Notes under the pieces: model-generated
What the model was told of the DNA's origin: nothing
The model's database searches: none
What the model saw: the letters and a program-made list of their open reading frames with translations, nothing else
Shown: positions 59,484 to 64,000 of the stretch, in pieces
How positions within the stretch are numbered: the stretch's first letter is position 1
Layout: every line of letters starts with the position of its first letter
Translations under genes and position numbers: made by a program
Assembly: GCA_024225395.1 (NCBI GenBank)
Contig: JAAEMR010000044.1
Location: 8,132 to 72,131, forward strand
DNA length: 64,000 bases
Source of the DNA: Gammaproteobacteria bacterium
Lineage (GTDB): Bacteria; Pseudomonadota; Gammaproteobacteria; GCA-001735895
Direction of reading: 5' to 3'

Positions 59484-59797
59484 TAAAGCTTTGTTACAGA
59501 ACCTAAAAAAATAGTTTTTTTTAGGCGTCACGGTGAAAGCGAAGCCAACATGGCCGGCATTATCGTCAGTGATTCGTCAGTGGGCTGCCAAAATTATGGT
59601 TTGACCGATAAGGGATGATTACAGGTTAAGACCACTACCGAAAATTTTAAGCAGCAACACATCAGTTTGATAATCAGTTCAGATTTTTTGAGAGCCAGGT
59701 AACCTGGCCATCATCATGACATGATGCTGAATTTACCGGCTGAATTTTTGCCATTCCGTATTTTCAGACCCTCCATCTTGAATCAGGCAATAAGCCA

Positions 59798-60085
59798 TTG
59801 AACGAGTTATTCAACCCGGTTGCCGTAATGTGTGGCGATGCTGGGTATGGGCTTGCTATGCTATGCCGCTATGCGAACCAGTTTCGATTACTGCTCTCCA
59901 GTCTGGGTTATATCCTGCTGGAAAGTATCCGTCGCCTGGCTTTGAAAGGGACTGAGCTGGAAAATCCACAAGCCGGTGCGCTCAGGTTAAAGTTGTTAAA
60001 AATTGGTACGGTTATTTTACATAATACCCGTCGAATACGTTTCCTGTTATCCAGTCATTACCCTTATCGGATTTATTCAGATCGG
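59798..60085 (+). pseudogene. C-terminal fragment of an IS4/IS1380-superfamily DDE transposase (remnant)
   Basis: …ANQFRLLLSSLGYILLESIRRLALKGTELENPQAGALRLKLLKIGTVILHNTRRIRFLLSSHYPY resembles the conserved C-terminus of IS1380-type transposases. There is no upstream catalytic domain, and the ORF then reads through non-homologous sequence. Confidence 0.45.
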
Positions 60086-60360
60086 TGGCGGCCAGATTGC
60101 AATCGGGATAAGGGAAAAGAGTGCTGTCCCGGCACGCTGAAAAATAATGGGGAAGGGGATGTTGCGCCTGGAATCTGTCAAAAGAGCTCAACAGCGATTT
60201 CAGATGCAAAAAAAATGAATCAGATGGCTGCTCTCTTTGCCATGAGCAAAATGCTGACTACCTATGAAACATTCAGGCTAGAAAGTACAGTCCGATATCT
60301 TGGTATAGAAGTAGATGATGCTCTGGAAATATCTGAGTTAACTGATAGTTGATGCAATTA

Positions 60361-60536
60361 ACCAGGAAGTGCAAATCTGGTACTTCCTGACTTCTCCATA
60401 CCGGACGTAGGGGGAGGGGAGTAATAAGTTTTGGCTAACTCCTGTAACGTCACCTGAATTTTCGATTAGTCGCTGAAATGGACAAACCGGTCGTACCTGC
60501 CAACATTGAAACAGGCTCTTCACGACCCTTCCGATC
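60361..60536 (+). repeat. Interspersed non-coding repeat, copy E (lacks the 5' part of about 50 nt)
   Basis: …CAGGAAGTGCAAATCTGGTACTTCCTGACTTCTCCATACCGGACGTAGGGGGAGG…GAAATGGACAAACCGGTCGTACCTGCC…GGCTCTTCACGACC. Confidence 0.55.
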
Positions 60537-61121
60537 AGCCCCTACAGGTTGTAGTCTTCGTCAGCAGTGTGGCGTTACCGGACGTTGAATTAAATCCTGA
60601 AATTACTTGCAATCATAAATCAAAGACCTGACCCCATGTATTCACAGCCATCGTTGAAAAAAATTTAGTAAAAGTACAGGATCAAAATGAAATGGAAGAA
60701 GATCAGAGAAGAAGATGTTTTTATATGAAATTATGAAGAAAATGCAGAAGAAAATATAACACTTTCAGAATGTCAGATTACCTACACTTTCAGGTTACAG
60801 CTGACATGTTTGATGATATTTGCTTCGGAATATGAAGCAAAATGATGTAAAAGCTGGGCAGATTAAAAGGAATTATGGTAAGAATCGGTGTAATTGAGTG
60901 GTTGTTGGATGATGTCTTCTGGCCTGTAATATGAAAATATGGCTTTTATACTTCTTATACTTTGATAAAATTTGGACTGGATTTGCGGATTGATATTGGC
61001 ATATTGGCAGAAAGATCTTTTATACTGCTTATACTGCTACCTTAACTCTCATAATAACATTATTTTTGATTGGCTATCTTCATGACTTCATTGGCACAGG
61101 GCTCGAGTAATACTGGATACT

Positions 61122-64000
61122 ATGACGGCGTACTCAACTAAATATAGAAAATCACTCTATACTCTAACCCTGACACTAATATTCGTATTTATTACTTTAG
61201 CCACCACCTATGCTAATCAAAAAATTCAGTTTGAAAAAGTCGATATTGGCAGCAACCGCTCCATCGGAGCAGGCTTTGTTCAAGATTTAGACGGTTTTTT
61301 CTGGATCGGTGCGCAACCGGGGCTGATCAAATGGAATGGTACTGACAATACCATCTATACCCAATCCAATTCAGGACTTTCCGACAATACTATTACGGCA
61401 ATTATTGAGGATTCCAAAGGATTGCTATGGATAGGTACCATGGGGGGATTGAATAGCTATAATAAAGAAACTAATAGTTTTATCCGATTCACACATAATC
61501 CAGCTGATCCAAATAGTTTAAGCCATGAGTCCGTTGGCATGATTAATCATTTTCAATCACTTCTGGAGGATAAAAATGGAGACATCTGGATTGCCACCCA
61601 AAACGGCCTTAACAGCTTTTCTCCGGAACTACACGAATTTAAGCATTTTTTACATGATCCGGAGGTATCCAGCAGCTTATCGAATAATATTGTTAATGCC
61701 ATATTTGAAGACTCGAACGGTTCATTATGGGTCGGGACTAAAAGCGGCCTGAATCGATTCAACGAGAATAAAACAGCTTTTAAGCGCTATACTCATGACG
61801 GTAAAAATCCGGCCAGTATCAGTAATAATGAAATCTATGCCATTATGGAAGACAATGATGGCCAGATCTGGATTGGTACAGAAAACGGATTAAATCAATA
61901 TGATTCGAAAACAGATTCATTTATTCGCTTTTATCATGATCCAAATAGCCACAGAAGAATTGCAAATAATAAAGTCACATCAATCAACAAGGATAATCAA
62001 GGACGGCTCTGGTTATGCCATTACGGTAAAGGCAGTGTGACTCTTTTTAATCCTTATACCCAGCAATCAAATATTTATAGGTATGCTCCAAATAATCCAA
62101 CTGGATTACCGACAAATGATGTTAAATATGTTTATCAGGATCGACACGATGCACTATGGTTTGTTTCCACTACCGGAGGGAATTTATATAAACATGATAA
62201 AAACACCCACAAGTTTAAAACTTTTAAACAGGAGCCAAATAATCCCAACAGTCTTAATGGCAGCTCTGTTCTCCCTATCTACGAAGACAGCAGAGGTATT
62301 ATCTGGATCGGGACCGATAAAAATAAATTAAATAAGTATGACAAAAACAGCGGTCATTTCACGAACATCCCCATATCAGGTTATTATCCCTATGCATTTT
62401 TAGAAGACAGCTATGGAACCTTTTGGGTTGGGGAAACCACAGGCAGGCTAAGCATTTTTGATAGGTCATCGGAAACCTATATTAAATCCTATGATGGAAT
62501 TTCTTCCTCCTTTATCAACCACATCGCCCAAGATTCAAATAATCCCTCAATTTTATGGCTAACCACCCATAAGGACGGATTGGTTAAGTTTAATATTAAA
62601 ACCGAAAAAATAGTCCATTTCCAATATCAAGATAGAAAGGAAAACAGTTTAAGTAATAATTCCATTTGGGGCTTTGCGCAGGAAGAGGATGTTTTATGGT
62701 TGGGTACCTGGGGCGGGGGACTCAATAAATTTAATAAGGCAAAAGAAACGTTTACAGTTTACCAACACAACCCTGACGACCCCAAAAGTATTAGTAGTAA
62801 TGTCAGTGGAAACCTCTTACTAACCTCTGCAAATGAACTTTTTATCAGCACCCTGGGTGGTGGTTTAAATAAGTTCAACCGAAAAACCAATACCTTTGAA
62901 CGCTACTCTACTAAAAATGGCTTATTTCCTTCCGATAATCTCGAAGGCCTATTGGAAGATGAACAAGGCAACCTTTGGATAGCATCATCCAGCGAAGAAG
63001 TAATTAAGTTTGATCCTAATACGCTTAAATATAAAGGATACGGTTCAGGGGATGGAATTGAAATCGGTGCTCCCTGGTTTGTATCTAATCATAAAACCCA
63101 TGATGGTCAAATGTGGTTCGGCGGTCCAAAGGGGGTAACGGCATTTTATCCTGACAAGATCAAAAACAATACTTTCAGACCACCTGTCTATATTACTTCA
63201 CTTACCCAGGGCGGCGAGCCTATTGCATCCAACACAGCTTTAGAAAGGATATCAGAAGTTCACCTTTCCTGGAAAAAACCATTTTTCGAATTTAAGGCTA
63301 CTGCACTAAATTATTTAAGGTCAGAACATAATCGTTACCGCTACAAACTGGAAGGCTGGGATAAAAACTGGTTCGAATCCGGAGTTTACCAAAATGGCAG
63401 ATATTCAAACCTCAAAGCAGGGGAATATATCCTCAGAATCACAGGTTCAAACAATGACGGCATATGGAGCAGTCCACAAGACGAGGTAGCCCTTAACATT
63501 TTCGTAAGCAGCCCATTCTGGAGAACATGGTGGTTTTATCTAGCTCTTGCAAGCGGTATTTTATTATTACTAACCATAATATTACTTTATTTTATAAAAC
63601 TTAAATCCGAAATTCAGAAGCGTAAACAAGCTAAATACGAACTACAATATCAGGCTCACTACGACGCATTGACGAATCTTCCCAACCGGGTACTTTTTAG
63701 CGATCGACTATCTCAGGCGGTAATAAAATCTATACGCCACCAAGAAAAATTTGCACTTTTATTTATCGATCTAGATCGCTTTAAACCGATCAATGACTCA
63801 TTAGGTCATAAGACCGGAGACAGAGTGCTTCAGACTATTGCCGATAGACTTAAGAGCCTGATTAGAAATGAAGATACTGTCGCGCGCTTAAGCGGTGACG
63901 AATTTGCCATTATTATGATGAATTTGAGTAATGAACAAGATGCCTCTTTATTGGCACAAAAAGTTTTAACATATTTTGCCAAAGCCATTATTGTTAATCA
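61122..64000 (+). CDS. Sensor diguanylate cyclase with a periplasmic two-component-regulator beta-propeller (Reg_prop repeats) and Y_Y_Y domain, a TM segment and a GGDEF domain; 3' end lies beyond the window
   Basis: Hand translation gives a signal/TM N-terminus, about 14 Reg_prop-like repeats (…W.GT..GL..F/Y…), a Y_Y_Y-like region, TM (WWFYLALASGILLLLTIILLYFI) and the start of a GGDEF domain (…LTNLPNRVLF…RLSGDEFAII…). The ORF is absent from the supplied track because no stop codon occurs before the window end. Confidence 0.7.
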   Translation, partial: MTAYSTKYRKSLYTLTLTLIFVFITLATTYANQKIQFEKVDIGSNRSIGAGFVQDLDGFFWIGAQPGLIKWNGTDNTIYTQSNSGLSDNTITAIIEDSKGLLWIGTMGGLNSYNKETNSFIRFTHNPADPNSLSHESVGMINHFQSLLEDKNGDIWIATQNGLNSFSPELHEFKHFLHDPEVSSSLSNNIVNAIFEDSNGSLWVGTKSGLNRFNENKTAFKRYTHDGKNPASISNNEIYAIMEDNDGQIWIGTENGLNQYDSKTDSFIRFYHDPNSHRRIANNKVTSINKDNQGRLWLCHYGKGSVTLFNPYTQQSNIYRYAPNNPTGLPTNDVKYVYQDRHDALWFVSTTGGNLYKHDKNTHKFKTFKQEPNNPNSLNGSSVLPIYEDSRGIIWIGTDKNKLNKYDKNSGHFTNIPISGYYPYAFLEDSYGTFWVGETTGRLSIFDRSSETYIKSYDGISSSFINHIAQDSNNPSILWLTTHKDGLVKFNIKTEKIVHFQYQDRKENSLSNNSIWGFAQEEDVLWLGTWGGGLNKFNKAKETFTVYQHNPDDPKSISSNVSGNLLLTSANELFISTLGGGLNKFNRKTNTFERYSTKNGLFPSDNLEGLLEDEQGNLWIASSSEEVIKFDPNTLKYKGYGSGDGIEIGAPWFVSNHKTHDGQMWFGGPKGVTAFYPDKIKNNTFRPPVYITSLTQGGEPIASNTALERISEVHLSWKKPFFEFKATALNYLRSEHNRYRYKLEGWDKNWFESGVYQNGRYSNLKAGEYILRITGSNNDGIWSSPQDEVALNIFVSSPFWRTWWFYLALASGILLLLTIILLYFIKLKSEIQKRKQAKYELQYQAHYDALTNLPNRVLFSDRLSQAVIKSIRHQEKFALLFIDLDRFKPINDSLGHKTGDRVLQTIADRLKSLIRNEDTVARLSGDEFAIIMMNLSNEQDASLLAQKVLTYFAKAIIVN

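Noticed and set aside
59798-60352. 184-aa ORF as an intact protein
   Set aside because: Only the first 95 aa resemble a transposase C-terminus. The remainder is read-through into non-homologous sequence that includes the start of repeat copy E.
63590-63610. Apparent frameshift between the TM segment and the GGDEF domain of the 61122.. sensor gene
   Set aside because: It came from my own off-by-one mis-copy of the line starting at 63601. Re-reading the sequence (…tttataaaac ttaaatccga…) gives a continuous frame (FIKLKSEIQKRK…). The ORF's absence from the track, which reflects no stop before the window end, agrees.

Overview
This 64-kb window looks like a bacterial (probably gammaproteobacterial) chromosomal segment with accessory-region character, dominated by very large secreted or lipoprotein surface proteins. 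Supported content, 5' to 3':

- (1) A sugar-catabolic cluster: a DeoC/LacD-type aldolase 3' fragment, an AraA/FucI-family isomerase, an aldose 1-epimerase, a Gfo/Idh/MocA oxidoreductase and a convergent beta-hydroxyacid dehydrogenase.
- (2) An island of surface proteins: an 821-aa lipoprotein, an 825-aa cadherin/FG-GAP lipoprotein and a 1235-aa PKD-repeat protein, with glgC embedded between them.
- (3) A two-component system (LuxR-type response regulator plus a 7TMR-DISM histidine kinase) directly upstream of a translationally coupled three-gene operon encoding 2194-, 1110- and 2018-aa surface proteins. These carry Calx-beta, TSP3-like, cadherin-like and FG-GAP modules.
- (4) A Zur-regulated zrgABCDE-like zinc uptake locus with a perfect palindromic Zur box and a His/Asp-rich repetitive protein.
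- (5) A divergent pair: an HDAC-family deacetylase and a Pat-type protein acetyltransferase.
- (6) A phnDCEE phosphonate ABC transporter.
- (7) c-di-GMP signalling genes (a PAS-GGDEF-EAL protein with a coupled periplasmic binding protein, and a partial Reg_prop/Y_Y_Y-GGDEF sensor).
- (8) Mobile DNA: one apparently intact IS5-family element with a two-ORF transposase, plus IS6-like and IS1380-like transposase remnants and a decayed thioredoxin-fold gene.

The most unusual signal is a previously unnamed non-coding repeat family of about 225 nt. There are at least five near-complete copies and two fragments in this window, all in the same orientation. The copies share a conserved internal hairpin and complementary 9-mers at their ends. 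They sit in intergenic regions next to the giant surface-protein genes.

No rRNA, tRNA or CRISPR arrays were recognised. All coordinates derived by hand carry an uncertainty of a few bases.
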